Of a stretch of 64,000 bases of DNA, positions 30,701 to 44,118 are shown in pieces; within the stretch, counting starts at the first letter, position 1; every line of letters begins with the position of its first letter. Under the pieces are notes generated by a model. It did not search any database. It saw only the letters and a list, made by a program, of their open reading frames with translations, and had not been told where the DNA came from. Made by a program: the position numbers and the translations under genes. This DNA comes from Raillietiella orientalis (lineage: Eukaryota): contig JAYWIR010000013.1 in assembly GCA_036172245.1 (NCBI GenBank), positions 1,364,001 to 1,428,000 of the forward strand. The letters are read 5' to 3'.

Positions 30701-32489
30701 CCCGGCATCTGAACAGTGAATTTTGCAAGCCAGTGCGGTGCTCATTTCGCCGGAGCAGTGTGCAGAGCGTGTAGCAAGTGTCCACCCATCTACTTGCTCG
30801 CTGTCGACGGCGACCCTTGCACTGCAGGTTCCGACACGATCAGTTACGATACATTTGCAGTTACGATTCACTTCCCTGGCACCTCTTGGGAATCGATTTG
30901 ACACGCCATCACGTACTTCGGATTTTCTTCCTTCTTTATTGCCATACGGCTCGCGAAGCGCGTCCAAAGAGCTCCATCCTTCCTTCAGGTCTGATTTCGG
31001 TGGAATCTCCCAGTCGACTTGGCAGAGGGAAGCTCACCTGCCCGCGCGTGTATGCTCGTCACATCGTCTGATCTGTTTGCTGGCTGGTGTTCCCTATCGT
31101 CTTCCACTTTCCCGGTATCCCGAGTTTGCCAGCACGTCGATTTCTCGTTCGTCCACAATGATTGTTTTTTTTGGCATGCAGAGTATTCCATAACTAACGA
31201 CGCGTGCATGTGTGGTGTGCAGCAACTCACTATTCGGTGCATCCCATCACCGGGTCCCTCGTTGCCATGAGTTGTGGTGTACCTCGTTGCGAGCTCTACG
31301 CAAAAGCACGGGAGAGGAAGACACTCGCGAATCGCCGTCGCGCATGCGATTCGGTGGGTTCGGCCTCCCAGGAGTTGTTATCACACTTCTCTGCCCCCGT
31401 GTGTGTGTCACGTTTTGTTTATTATTATTATCATTTTTTTTTTTTCTTTGAGGACCTGGATATTGCGCGGACGTTACTGGGCACGAAACCCACCTAGCGA
31501 GTTCTCTCTCAAGCTCCAGGCATCGTCGTGCTTACCCATCATCGAGGATTCGGGACCGAGTTGGGTTTTCGCCATTCTTTTTTTTTTTTTCTTATATGGA
31601 GGAGCAAAAGGAAGTGTGTCTCTTCTCCAAAGAGACGATTCTCACCGAGATTCGGATCGTGAGCGACGTCTTCTCATGTGTTGGACCAGCACCACTCCTG
31701 CTACCACTCGAAGCGTTCGCACAAGCACTCGTTTTTCTGGCTTGCCCACGTTCCGCTCGAATGGAATTCGGCGTGAAGGTCCGATTCCCGCTTCCTCGTT
31801 CCCATCGTCCTCCATCCAGAAACGGAAGATGTTGTTGCCCAGTACGCCTCCTTGCAGCTGCGAACGGCCTCCTCGCCGTCTCTCGCTTTGAGGTGGCCCT
31901 ATTGACGGCGATTCGCTCTTGACAGCCAGCACCGCTCCCGGAGTCCCATTTCTCAGAGCTCGCTTCCCTCCACGGGGGGGGGGGGAATTTCCGGGTCATT
32001 GGCATCCTCCCAATGGTTCTCCAGTTCAGACGGGCAGCTCGCCACCCCAGGTCTTCGCGAAGAACCACTCTCGGGAAGTTGCTGCCACTTTTTTTCGGGT
32101 AGTTCGTCGAAAGAATGATCATTCCTTCCGCCTTTCTTTCTTTCTTTCTTTTCTCAATTTGTTTTCGATCTTCTTTTCTTTTTCTTTGATCTTCGTGCTT
32201 CGAACTGCAATTCGTGTCTCTTCCCTGCTGGTCACGCCGCTGTCAGTCCCTACTCCAAATCCTTGCTCATTCCGCACGTGAGCGCCCAATCCGGCAGCTC
32301 TTCCTTCCTTTTCCTCTCTTGGGTTCTTGCGTTCTCTCGTGCACCGCTGTGCTCACAACCGCCCAGGGATCGGCGACTCCCGTCGCTTGAGGTCACTCAT
32401 CGTCTTTTGCTCAGAGCTCGGGCCATTCACAGTCCTCGACGGGGACCACGGCAGCTGGAAAGGGAAGTTGATCTTGAAGTCATGGGACC

Positions 32490-32572
32490 TGCATGCATGC
32501 ATGCATGCATGTGTATGAATGTGCGTTATGAGTGAGTTATATAAGCATGTGTGTGTGTGTGTGTACGCATAC
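32490..32572. repeat. (TGCA)n and (TG)n microsatellite patch
   Basis: tgcatgcatgcatgcatgcatgtgtatg...gcatgtgtgtgtgtgtgtgtacgcatac. Confidence 0.8.
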
Positions 32573-35500
32573 CTGTTTATGGGCACGAGCGTATATGAGC
32601 GTGCACACTATGTGCTTGTGCAGCGGTAGGTGGCTGCGCCAGGGAAACGCTTCGCCCTCAGAACTCTCATCCCACGAAGGACTCCTGGGGAACGCGCCGG
32701 GAAAAAAGAACAAACAAAAAACGGCCGAGAGGCCGCCGTGGTTAATGCGAGCCTTCGGAAGCGTCGGGCCGCTCCCCCAACGGAAAGTCCAAGCGCACGC
32801 GCGTAGTCCTTCGGTCAGGCACGAGGCGCATTCCAAAGGCCCTCCCTCCGCAGCTGAAGGAAGGTCGGGCGCGCGGCCTCTGACGCCGTTACCCCTTCGG
32901 GTGGTTGGGCGCTTCCCTTATCCCCCCTTCTTTCCCCCCGTCCGGCTACGAGACGACTGAGAGGTCACGGTGGCTCTGAGTGCCCGCTGATCCCTCCCAC
33001 CCCTTGGCGACGGCGGCAGAGTCCAACTAGGAGTCCAAGACGGTTCCTCGGGCCGGAAACCCTCGCCTCTCCCAAAAACACGTGACTCTTTCGAGCCCTT
33101 CCTTCCTCCCCCATCTCCTTCCCAGGCGGTTTCCCCCCAGTGTTTTCTGCGAGCGCCCAAGCTCTTCACCCCGCCAGTTCCGGAAGTGCCTCGCAGTATG
33201 CGTTCGAGCGGGGTCCAGTTCTTCCTCCTCACCTCCAAGGACTGCTGACGCGCTTACGACGGGAGTCTGGGGAACCGGGGAGCGCCTTCTGGAAGGAGCT
33301 CAGGGGATGGAGCCGGCGTCGCACGAATGCTTCACGGCGAAGAGCACATGCGCTCCGACTGACTTCCTGCGTGATGATGACTCCCTACGAATCTACGAGG
33401 AATGGCTCTTCCAGAGCGACCTCGTCCACCGCTTCCTCGTGGTCACCTCAGAGGTCCGCCGCTCGTTACGGTGTTGGTTACCTAGACCCGATCTCCCCGT
33501 CAGCGGACCCCGGAAAGTCGGAAACTACCCGCGGTCGGTCGGTGTCTCCTCGGGCTGGAGGCAGGTGGAGACGATAACACGGGGCACGACCGAAATCGAG
33601 ATTAGGATGAGAAGGAATCCGGAGCCGGTCTCGGAGCGGAGGAGTCTCCACTCTCCATTCCTTTGCCACCGTTCTCCCGGGCGATCCCATCCACGGAAAC
33701 GGGCTGGAAGAAGCTTTCAGGGAAGGGGAGGAAGGTGGGATTGGAAACTCAGCGGGACTCCTTTTACCCCTCTGCTTCCACTCCTCTGTTCCCATGACGG
33801 GAGAAGGTTTGGGAGCCATATCCCATCGGTATCAGCGTCCCCTCCCGTCCGTCCTCCCGCAGGTGGCGGTGGGCCCCGTGGACTGCACCTTGAGGCTCTT
33901 TCCCGACCCCATTAGTTACTTCTGGATGCTTCAGTGGGGAGGCAAGAGCGCAACGGAGGTCACGAGGGAAGAAGGTCGTCCCCTGGAGGTCGCAGATCGC
34001 ACTGATCCCTGGTCAGTCTGCTGAAGAGCAAGACCGCAAGGGATTCGAATGGTCCGGCTTCCTTTCCCCCTTCCTTCTCCGGCCCCTACTCCGCCGCCGC
34101 ACCCGAGGCATGGATAGAGGACCCCCCGGCACTCGGGAATGGATCCAACAGCCGCAGCGTACTAGGGCGGGTCGACAACAGGTTCGGAGGGCTCACCCAC
34201 GGACACCGCTGCCGAGGTCTTCCTCTACTCTCGAATCACGTCAGAGCCGGTGAGGAGGTAAGGGGAGAGAGATGACTGCGCCCCTTCCGTCCAAAGAGAA
34301 TGTCTGAGAGGCGCGAGCTGAACCTGTTCTCCCTGCATGTACTGGTGTCCACCTTCCTCTCGGGAAGAATCCACCCGCCCCTAGCGCCGCCGACGGCAGA
34401 GCACCGAAGGTTCCGGATTGAGGCAGATTGAAGCAGCTTACCGGAGTGAAAGACAGATGTGGCACCCTCGAACTCTTCGAGGTCAGCCAGGCCCTACGCA
34501 CCAGCGCGCGTGTACCTCCCGAAAAGTCCGTCGAAGCCAGCATATGCTCTCTCCTCTTGGGCGGCGAATCTCTATGGGAACCTTCTCGGTTCGGGAGCGA
34601 AATCTTTCTGCGACGTCGAAGCGGCAGGACGAGGAACTCGCAGTTCGAGGCGCTCGCTCTGTCGTCCTCCCTGAGGAAACGAGGAAATGCTCGAGCGTAG
34701 TGGAATGCGAGGACGATGCGGAAGGCGGAAGGAAGAAGAGGAGGCACTGCACAGTAACCAGCATCCCGGACGAGCGCTGATCATCTCGTAGCATCCTCTT
34801 TCCGGGAACAAAAGAGACGGCAAAGGACAACTGCCGTAGGGGGCGGAAAAGAAGGGGGGGGGCAGAGAGAGGTAAACGACCCACTGCTTCGCGGCTATGT
34901 GGACAGGCAAGGGCCACTAACCCATCCTTCAGCCTCTCCACTTCTGTCCCCTCGCGCTCACAGTTACACCTTTTGTCCGCAATCCCGAAGTCCCATCAGT
35001 TTCTTCTCGCGACCTCGAGGAAGCGACGGGCTCCCCATCCTCTCTGTGATTGGTGCTCGTCTATTATTGGTGATTCTGGCATTTAGGAAGTCCCTCCGTC
35101 ACCCGGAGCTGAAGCCAGATGGTGTGCAAAGTGGCATCGTGTGTGAACCTCCTCACTTGTGAGGACCTCCGGGTGGGAAAGTGCGGACACCACGGTACTG
35201 CCGGCGTACCGGAAGAAAGGAAAACCCCACGGAACCTTTCTCCTCCGCTCCGCGCTGTGGCTTGCATGTAAAGCCGTGAGGGATCCATAGCACAGGGTTG
35301 GCGTTCATCTCCCTTCCTCCGGGGGTGCTCGCGATTTCTACTCTACGTGTCCGTCGACGAGTAGCCGGGGCAGGGCGCTGTTTTCTGCAGAAATGGGGCG
35401 AGGAGCTGCCGCAGAGCCCCCGGCACTCTCCACAGCCCTCCTGAACGTCATGTCACAGAGATGGAACTTTCACAAGCTGCCTCAGTCTGAGAAAACGGAC

Positions 35501-38500
35501 GCTCCCTGCCAGGATCCATGTGTAGGTATCCCAAGACTAGGTGTCCCCGTCCCCTTATTTGCTGACACTGCAGCTCACGGAGGAATTATTCAAGCCGTTC
35601 TGTCGGGGGCATCCTTCCGACAAGAGAATGAGGCCAATCAGGTCGCTGCACGTTCATCTGCGGTGGCGGCGCACGACCCACACAACCCGGAGGATAAGAA
35701 GACTTCCCGCCTTCCCCCCCATGTGCTGAAGGTGGGACGAGCGGAATCTCCTCATGATGATCCCCAGAGACCTCCTGTTCTTTTGAAGATGAGGGGAGAA
35801 GGAAAAGGGTCTCGTGGGGACCTTGGAATATCAGCAAGCTACCGAGATCCGGATCCTGGGGACAATTGCCTTCCATAGGGGAGCCAGAAGCCATTAGGAA
35901 TTGCCTCTCGGCCTATGCTCAGTCGGAGTGGGGAGGCCTTCTCTACGGCCAGAGAGCCATGAAAGGTGCGATGGGGATAGATTACAGTGAAGAGGATTTC
36001 TGAAGAACAGTCCTGTGGCCGCTTCTATAACTGCTACTGGAGAAAACCGTGTGAAGACCGCCTCTCTTGAGCCACGTTTTGCACCTCGAGCTGCCGCTTC
36101 CTAGAGGAGCTTTCTCACGTTCTTCAACAGCCTGATCACCCTCTTCTCCTCCCCTTTATGAAGGTCCGCAGGAAAGGGGTGAGGCGGTAGAAATTGACGG
36201 TCTGCCCTGCTTGGACAGGAAAGATCGGTATCAGGACCTGGTGCCATGAGCGAAGCACGACCAGGAAAGGAAAGACTGGTGGCCTAAAATCGCCGAGAAG
36301 GGAAGGGAAGGGCAGAGGAAACTGGAAGAGGGATCATTCACCTTCTCTGGAAAATGCTTCCCCGGGGAAACGGAAGAACGCATCTCTGTTGAGTGTGCAC
36401 TTGCTAGAATCTGCGCCGGCTCGACACGCAGAGACTCTTCTGTGCGTTTCCGGACGCGAAAAGAAGAGGAAAAAAAGAAGGAGAGTGGGAACACGCATCC
36501 TACTGGAAACGGAGAGTTCTTACTTCTTCCTCTGAGGGCATGTGGGTAGGACATCGTTGACCAGCCAGAGATTGCCTCGCGCCTGCTGCCGCCCCCAGGA
36601 CGGACATGCCAGGAGACTCTCACGTGAGTCGAGAGTGTGGACGTACCACATTTCCAGAATAGCATTCCTTTCCCTTCCCTTTCCAGGTCCTCCACTTCCT
36701 GGATCGCTCGGAAGCCGTAGCGAAGCGGTCTTTTCAGTCGCTCTAAATCCGCAGTGTCGACGACGACGGTGCCTCCTTGCGGGAGGGCTGCCCGTCGACC
36801 CCTCCAGCGCAGTTTGACCTAGCGACAGGGATGACTCCTCCCTTTGCCACAGGGACAGATAGATGCTCCTTCAGGTTCAATGACTTCCAACTAGCAGCAC
36901 GGCTGCCCGCGGGGGTTTCGATGCTGCCACGGCAGGCGGTCTCGTTCTGGCATCGCCTCCAGGTACTTTCCCTGTGTCCTTTCAGCTTTATTCCTGGGAC
37001 GGCTGCTGCTGACCTATAGAACCTGAACACAGGGCAAGGCGAAGCTCATATGTGCGATGCCTTTCGGAGTTTAAGGGAAACATGATAAGGTAAGGAGGGG
37101 ATGAGGAGCATTGTACCCCTTTGGGTGATTTCCCGTTAGCTATCCTTTCCCAAGCTTAAGAGAGAAATGGCACGACTCGAGGCGACAGGGCAACGCACCG
37201 CAGCTGGAATCCCTCCTCCCCCACACGATTTCCGCGAGAACCCGGGAGAATTTGTTTTTATGAATTTCGAGACCCTTGAAGGGAAGGGGGGGGAGAGGAA
37301 ACAAAGAGTGGGGAGGGGGTGCAAATCCCCTCCTGTTGGCATTGGCTGTAACACAGCCCTTTTTTCGCACGGAGTAATCTTGGAAATTTTGTCCTCGTTT
37401 CTTTTCGTAGGGCACTCGCATTGGCTGTTCAAACAACGAAGTTTCCACAGCGCAAGCAGACAGGAAAACTTGGTTGCGCCGTAAGCATTTTATCAGCTGT
37501 TTTTTTTTCTCAAACAGCTGTTTAAAATCAGCTGTTGGAATCAGTCCACAGCAACAACGCGAGGGGTGATGCTGCTTCCGTAGGCAGATCCCAAAGTGCT
37601 GATGACTGGCTTGATTGTAGATAGAAGAACCAGATCGAAATCCCAGATAGATTGGGAAGCTTGTAAGCATTATTTATGAGAAGAAGAAAAAAAGGATACC
37701 ACAGAGAAGATTTCAGAGCAGAATAATTACAGACTTTTGTAATCAAACAGGATTGCTGTAATCCCACAAAGACGGTAATGTGTAGCTTGTCAGAATTCAA
37801 ACCACTTAATTTCATTTAAAGTTATCAAATTGGTTTTACCAAAATGCAAAGCTGCAAACAAATAATTGAGTGCTTTGGCTTTAACTAGGACAGAAGGAAT
37901 TTTGAGAACTGTCAAGGTTTCTTTGGTTCCTAGAATGCAGTGGTTTTAACTCCATGAGTGCTAGATTAAGGATCTAGAAAAGTAGAGTACCTGTGTCTTT
38001 TTGTTTTTGTGTGTTTGTGGTGTTTGTAGATTTTCGTTTTTTTTTTTTTGAAACACTCGATTTTTATTCTCCAGAAAGCTTAAATGTACTGTTTAAATGA
38101 TCAATTTTTGTTCATCTTTGGGGAACAAGATTTCACATGTTGTAGTATCATTGCTTTATATTTTGGATAATTCTTTAAAGTATTTTCTGGAAACATAGGT
38201 TTCACTGTTTATCATATCAAACTTTTGTGTTCTTTACATATTATGAAAAAGTTTCCTGTGTGTATTTTAAGTCTGACAGTAAAATAAATTAGTAATATCA
38301 TACTTAAGTATGCAACATATTAAGATGTCTATCTGCACTTATTTTTTTAAGCTTCCAACCAAACTGTGGGCAAATTAATGATCTGAGAAATCTTTCATCA
38401 AGGATTCATAAGCAGTTTGAAGGTGTCATTGTTTTCTGTTGTATAATCTTTACTGTTGCCATAGTTTGTTCCTGTTTTGATCCCACTTACCATATGCAAA

Positions 38501-39297
38501 GCTAAATGCATTTTTGATATATTGATCAGTAGCCACCAAAGAAAAAGAACAGTGGTGGACGAAACTTGACAGCACTTATTCATAAATCCTTGAAGTGATA
38601 TCCTTGATTCTTGATCCTCTTTTTAACATCATATTTCTGAAAAGCAAGCCAAGACGACTTTTTTTCAGCAGGGATGTATTTCAAATGCTAAAACTGTAAT
38701 GAGCTTTGGGAGTGGATCCAGGGTCTGCCCCTTTTCAGATGAAGTGATGCCGTTTTGCATTTATCGATGTGAATAATTAGGATGATATTTATTTGTGACG
38801 AAAATCGTGGGTGTTCTTATATCAGAAAGCCATTAATCTTAAGGTAAAGGAGCCTGGAGTGTAACCAAAAGTGAAGAGCGTAGCTGGATGCCGGTGTTTT
38901 TTTTTTTTCCTGTTGTTGTTGTTGTTGTTTATAAATGTTCGTATACGTTCGCATTCGTGTGCTGAAGTTTTTGCGATTCGTTGAACAGAATTTTATCCCC
39001 CACAGTACATGCCTTCGGGAAATTAAAAAGGGTTGCGTCTGCAATTCTCTTTTGTTCTTTTTTTCCCCCACTCTGTCTGTGTTTCTCTCTACCTGCATAG
39101 ACGCACTTCTGCCACCGTGCATGTGCTTTCGTAGTCATTGTTGGCCGTTTGGCAGTGTCTGCACACCGCCGTGGCTTCTGGTGTGCAGTTTTCCACAGGA
39201 TGTGGGCAAGCCTCGGGAATTCGGGGAACAAAACAATCCGTGCGTGTGCCTGCCCTTTTGAGCTTGCGTATGGTGGCGAACGTCAAACTCCCCTGCT

Positions 39298-39366
39298 TTG
39301 ACGTCTTGGGTGTCACGTGATCCCCGGTTTTATATCCACCTGACGATCAGCTGTGCCATCAGCTGG
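39298..39366 (+). promoter_or_regulatory. Candidate core promoter of Atos: CRE-like TGACGTC, E-box GTCACGTGA, TATA-like TTTATAT, Inr-like TCAGCT about 30 nt downstream
   Basis: Motifs seen at about 39299, 39312-39320, 39329-39335 and 39359-39364, at the start of the CpG-rich block leading into Atos. The TSS is not demonstrated. Confidence 0.35.
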
Positions 39367-41240
39367 CTATTGCAGAACTAGCGCGGGCGAAGCTGCGTGC
39401 AGCCATTGTTATATTCCCCATTGCTGCGTGAGAACCAGTGTCGAAATGCATGCGCAGTTAGCGACGGGAGCTGTGTGTGCTCTTGCTGGCTTGTGAAATC
39501 CGTCGAGTTTCTGCTTAGCTGGGAGCATCCCTCCTCTCCGAGCAACACGTGCACACCCCACGGATCAATCGACGATGCGAGTTGCACGGTGGTGATCGCC
39601 CCGGACTCATGCTTGCCCTCCCCCCCCTTCCCCTCCCCCTTCCCCTCCTTCGCTCCCCTCGATCCCGCTTGCGTCCCGTGTGCTAATGGCAGCAGCGGAA
39701 ATCAATATTTTTATGGATCTGCTCGTCGATTTCTTGCACGGATCTTTCCACTCCCATCCGCATTTCCGATGTATGCCCCGACGGGACATCTGGCCGCGCA
39801 CGGGGGCTCAACGGAGTCCGTAGGGAAGAAATGCCCCGCTCACTGGAAACGGGTAAAAAAAAAAAAAAAACGCGACATCTAAGACTTGGTTGCCCTTTTT
39901 CTTGGTTTGTTTGCTTCAGGTGATCCCCCCGCCCTAGTGGCAGCCTCGCTGTTTTTGTCGTCGTGTTGGGTGCTTTTTGTTTCTGCGTTCAGCCGCCGCG
40001 AGGGGCTGACTGGCTGGCTGCCTGGCTGGCCGAGCTCCATCTCCCTGCGGGCTCGGGACGCGGCAGCGGACGCAGGGTGGGGGGGAGCCATCCTGACCTT
40101 CCGGGATTAAGGGAGAAGAGAGAGCCACCGCTGTGCCTTTTTTTTTTTTTGTTCCTTTCTCATCCTCCTCCTTTCTTGGTTCTTGTTTTGTGCGTGTGTG
40201 TGTGTTGGCCCTCCCCTTTGTTTGCTCGTTCGTCTCGACCTCGGACTTCGCCATCACCTGGATACGAGCTGCGCGTATTTTTAGGGAGACGAGATATCGT
40301 GTCTCGGAGACCTGGCGGCCGCATCCGCTAAACATCGCTCGTGCTCCCGCCGGAGGAGGACGGTAGCGCTGAAAAACATTCTTCTCTCCCCTCTTCCCCT
40401 TCCCCTCATGTCTGTCCTTGACGATGGCTGCCGGTGGCGCTGATCCAGGAACCAGCGGGCGCCGTTTTGTCGTCGTCGCCGCCGCCACCGCATTCCTTTC
40501 CCCCAGCCACGTTCCGCCCTTGGCGGGCAGGCACGCTTTGCCCCTCCCCCTCCCCCCCCACAAGTAAACGAGGACCACGCGTGAGCACGTGGAACGCTTG
40601 ATGTCTTGGGGACCGTAGCGAGCGAAAGTGCGCAGTTTTTCCTTTCATCCTGACGTCGATTCTCCTTTCACGAGCGCCGTGCGGAAGACGGACTCCGGTC
40701 CTCGCAACGCAGACGCGTTTCCAAGGGCAACCGTCTTTCCCTTTCCTTTTTTTGCTGCTTCTTGCTTGCTGTTTTATTTTTATTTTGGGGTCTGTTTGTT
40801 TGTTTGTCTCCTTCTCCACTTTGTCCTCCTTTTCTTCGCACCTTTTCCGTGATTCGCTTCTTCTTTATCCTGAGATAGGACGTTGTGCGGAAGGGGTCGC
40901 TTCTCACTACCTCCCCTTTTAGGGAGATCCCCCGACTCGGTGGCCAACCGAGTACAGCCCCCTGTTCTAGGGGCGGACGGTTTCCTTGCCCAGCTCAGGC
41001 GCCACTAGTATGTCTGAGAGGGGGGTCGGCAGGGGACTTCTCCGCTGTTACGCCAACAGGCGGCCTCCTCTTCCAAACGCACCCCTCCACCGCCTTCGGC
41101 GAGGAAAAAAAGGGATTCCCAGGAAAGGGAGGGGACAGTGTCTACGGGGCATGGACGTCGCGTGGAAGGGGACGGGCAGACGTGCATTCGGCAGTCTCAA
41201 CACCTCACGCGCCTTCTGCTCCTCCTCAGGTGCCGCGCCG

Positions 41241-43960
41241 ATGACGTGCAATGACCTGGAGCCAGGAGAGATGTTTGTCAGCGTGGGGCTGCTGGTGCTG
41301 GAGCAGCGCATGCGCGACGGCGAAGCCGGGGGCTGCGTCGAGGGTCCCCACTGCCCTCAGCTGCACGCCAACTCCATCACCTACAAGGCGCACGACTGCG
41401 ACCCCGGCAGCTTCCCGGTAGGCGCCGCGCTTCCGTTTCCCTGGTGACTACGCGCGCCGTCGTGTCTGTCCCCTTGCAGTGCCAGCGCTTCTACAACTGG
41501 CAGAAGTACATGCTGCTGCTGTGGCGCAACAGCGTGCCCATGTCCATCGAGGTACTGCAGTGCCCCGACTGCCACCACGGCACCGAGAAGGTGAGCGCTG
41601 CGGAGGCTGGCGCAGTGCCAGACTCTGCGCACCTGCTGCTGGAGCAGTGGACAGTGCAGAGCACGAACAGATGGTGAGTCTCCGCGCGCGAGAGGGGAAG
41701 GGTGGGTATGCATGGATAGAGGAGGATGGGACGCTGAAGGAGAGGGGGAGGGAGCGGGATGCGCGTCCCCGGTGTGTTTGGTAAGGTGGGCGTGCGGAAG
41801 GTTAGGAGGGCGAAAGTGGGTGATGAATGGTGCAGCTGATGTGAAATAGGGTGTTGGGAGTAAGTGGAAGGTGGTGCAGGCGTAGAGTAGGGGGTGAGGT
41901 AGATAGAGATGGAATGGATGGGCAATACGCGTTGGTGAGAGGGCAGGACGAGGTGGGGTTGGGTGAACGTGGAAATGGATGGGTGTCGTAGGGGCAGATG
42001 GAAAGTGGGTTTGGGGTAATGGAGAGAACGGAATGGAGAGTAAGGTAGGAATGACCGAGTTGTGCGATCACCGTTATCTTTTCTGACGAAAGCCGCTGGC
42101 AGCTGTTTATTTCCATCCCATCCCTCTCTCCTTTGCAGTCCGCGTACGACCTCGGAGAAGCAGGAGGTGCCCATCCTGGGACTGCTGCAGGCTGTGCGCT
42201 CCTTCCTGCACTTCTCGCAGCTTCGTGCATGGTGGAAAGCCAGTGGCGGCCGCCGCCCAGCCAACGTCCTCTTTCGTCTGTCCGTCCCCGGGGACAACTT
42301 CTGCACTCAATTCGCCTCTCCCGCGGAGGACCACGTGTTCCCACTGGCCTGCGTCACCCGCTCGGAGGCCCTCCGGGTCAGCGTCAAGTCCCTGCCTCGC
42401 CGCTATCGGCTTGCCCCGGAGGTTTCCTGCGCTGCTCCAGGCTGCTCAGGGGTGGTGCAAGGCGACGACGGACGCCTTCCGGAAAAGCCACTGCCCAGGT
42501 GAGAGCGAGGCTTTTCCCGCATCCCCTCCGTCTCTATCGCATTTCTTCCCTCACAGAGAAAAGGATCTGCGAGTGCGCCTCGCCCGAGTCAGTCTCCGCC
42601 GAGACTTTCTTCTGGGGGAGGGGCTGATCGATCCTCCGCCCAACCTCGAAAAGTACCCCAAGCGCTACCAGAGCCCGTCCCGCGGCGGCTCGCCCTCCAG
42701 GGAGGTGCCCGAGCGCCTGCTTTTCGGCACTGGGGGCGAGGGGGCGCGCGATGCTCCGGCCTCGTCGGTTCCAGTGGAGTTCGCTCCTCCTCATTTCCCA
42801 GATGGGAGGGGGAGGAGGAGCCCCGATATCGATGCCGGCGCCACGACCCGGGACGAATGCTCCCCGACGCCTGCGGATGCTCCCGCGGCGGAGGACGTTC
42901 GTCCCGAGTGCCGCCGATGCCTCCCCTCGTCAGGAGCAGGCAAGAGCGGGGCACAGGAGCCCCTGCTGTCCAGGAGTCGCTCGGAGCGGTGCTTCGTCCC
43001 GGGCGGCGCCGCGCACCTGCGCCACTCCCTGGCAGGCGGCGACGCAGCGTTCCACCGATCCACCGGCCTTCCGCTGACCTCAAGCCCCGCCCCTGTCCGC
43101 CGGGGCGGCGCCTGTGCCGGTGCCTTCCACTTCGACAATTCTCTCACCTCCACAGAGGCCATCCGCAGGTACATACGAGAAACGCAGGGGGGAAGGGGGG
43201 GAGCGGCGGATTCGGAAGCGGACGACGACGACCGGCTGCTTTCCACAGTGCCCTCTTCCGTGAGCCCCACCACCACGACCAAGACGAAGATGATGATGAG
43301 GAAGTCCGACCCTCTCTCCATGCTCCACCACAGCTGAGTTGCTCTGCGCCCGCCGCTGGACTGCTGGGTACCTTCGAGGAGTCTGTGCTTAATGGGCGTC
43401 TGCCTCCCACGAGCACTGTCGAGGGCTTCAGTGCGGACATAGGTGCCTCTGGAGAGTTCTGCCCTCGCCACATGCGCCTGCCCGTGACTGTCTTCTTCTA
43501 TTCGCTGCTGCCCGACTGTGACCGCACTGGGGGCGGCGGCTCGTCCCCATACCTTGCCCATGTGGGTCTTGGCCCCCGAGGCTACCGCGTGCCTCCCCGC
43601 GGCACCCTCCAGGTGACGCTCTTCAACCCGCACAGGACGGTGGTCAAGATGTTCGTGGTTGCTTACGACCTTGCCGATATGCCCCCCCAGTCAACCACCT
43701 TCCTCCGGCAGCGCACCCTGTACATGCCCGTGAGCGCCTCCGAGCACCATCCAGACGCGCGGCAGTGGTTGCGCTACCTCATCCACCTACGTTTCTGCAG
43801 CTCACGCACCGGACGCGTCTCCCTGCGCGCTGACATCCGGATGATCGTCTTCCAGAAGTGCGACGCCGATGTCGCCACCCTCCTGGACCATGCTAAGCCC
43901 TACGAACTGCGCTCCTTTGTCAACTTCCCGGACAAGCCCAGGTACTCCCCCCTCAAATGA
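41241..43960 (+). CDS. Atos: Atos/FAM214 family protein (Atossa homolog), about 684 aa; exons 41241-41417, 41480-41673, 42139-42498, 42557-43168, 43249-43960
   Basis: Motifs EGPHCP, LLLWRNSVPMSIEV, LLLEQW, LLQAVRSFLHFSQL, FHRSTGLPLTSSPAP, LLGTFEESVLNGRL, EGFSADIGASGEFCP, GTLQVTLFNPHRTVVKMFVVAYDLADMP, TFLRQRT, LRYLIHLRF and the end PRYSPLK*. GT-AG introns with closing phases. An acceptor at 41229 implies a further upstream exon that was not located. Confidence 0.95.
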
Positions 43961-44112
43961 GCGAGGCACGTCCTCAACTCCTCCCATACCCGACCCAGCC
44001 CAACTTTGCCTCCCCCACCCCACCTCAACTTCCTTGCAAGCGGCGTCGGCAGCCAAACTCTTTGCATACGGGATGAATCTACCCAGTGTAGGCGGGACTG
44101 TTGTGATGTATG

Positions 44113-44118
44113 AATAAA
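44113..44118 (+). terminator. Candidate polyadenylation signal for Atos
   Basis: AATAAA about 150 nt after the stop, followed by A-run/(CA)n/A-run. Confidence 0.55.

Noticed and set aside
19616..37030. Dozens of overlapping long R/G/P/A-rich ORFs in all six frames
   Set aside because: Expected shadow ORFs in high-GC DNA with few stop codons; many start at non-ATG codons. Only segments with distinct composition or splice signals were retained.
41491..43633. Long minus-strand ORFs (271 and 280 aa) antisense to Atos
   Set aside because: By-products of GC3-rich codon usage and the C-poor intron; no independent coding evidence.
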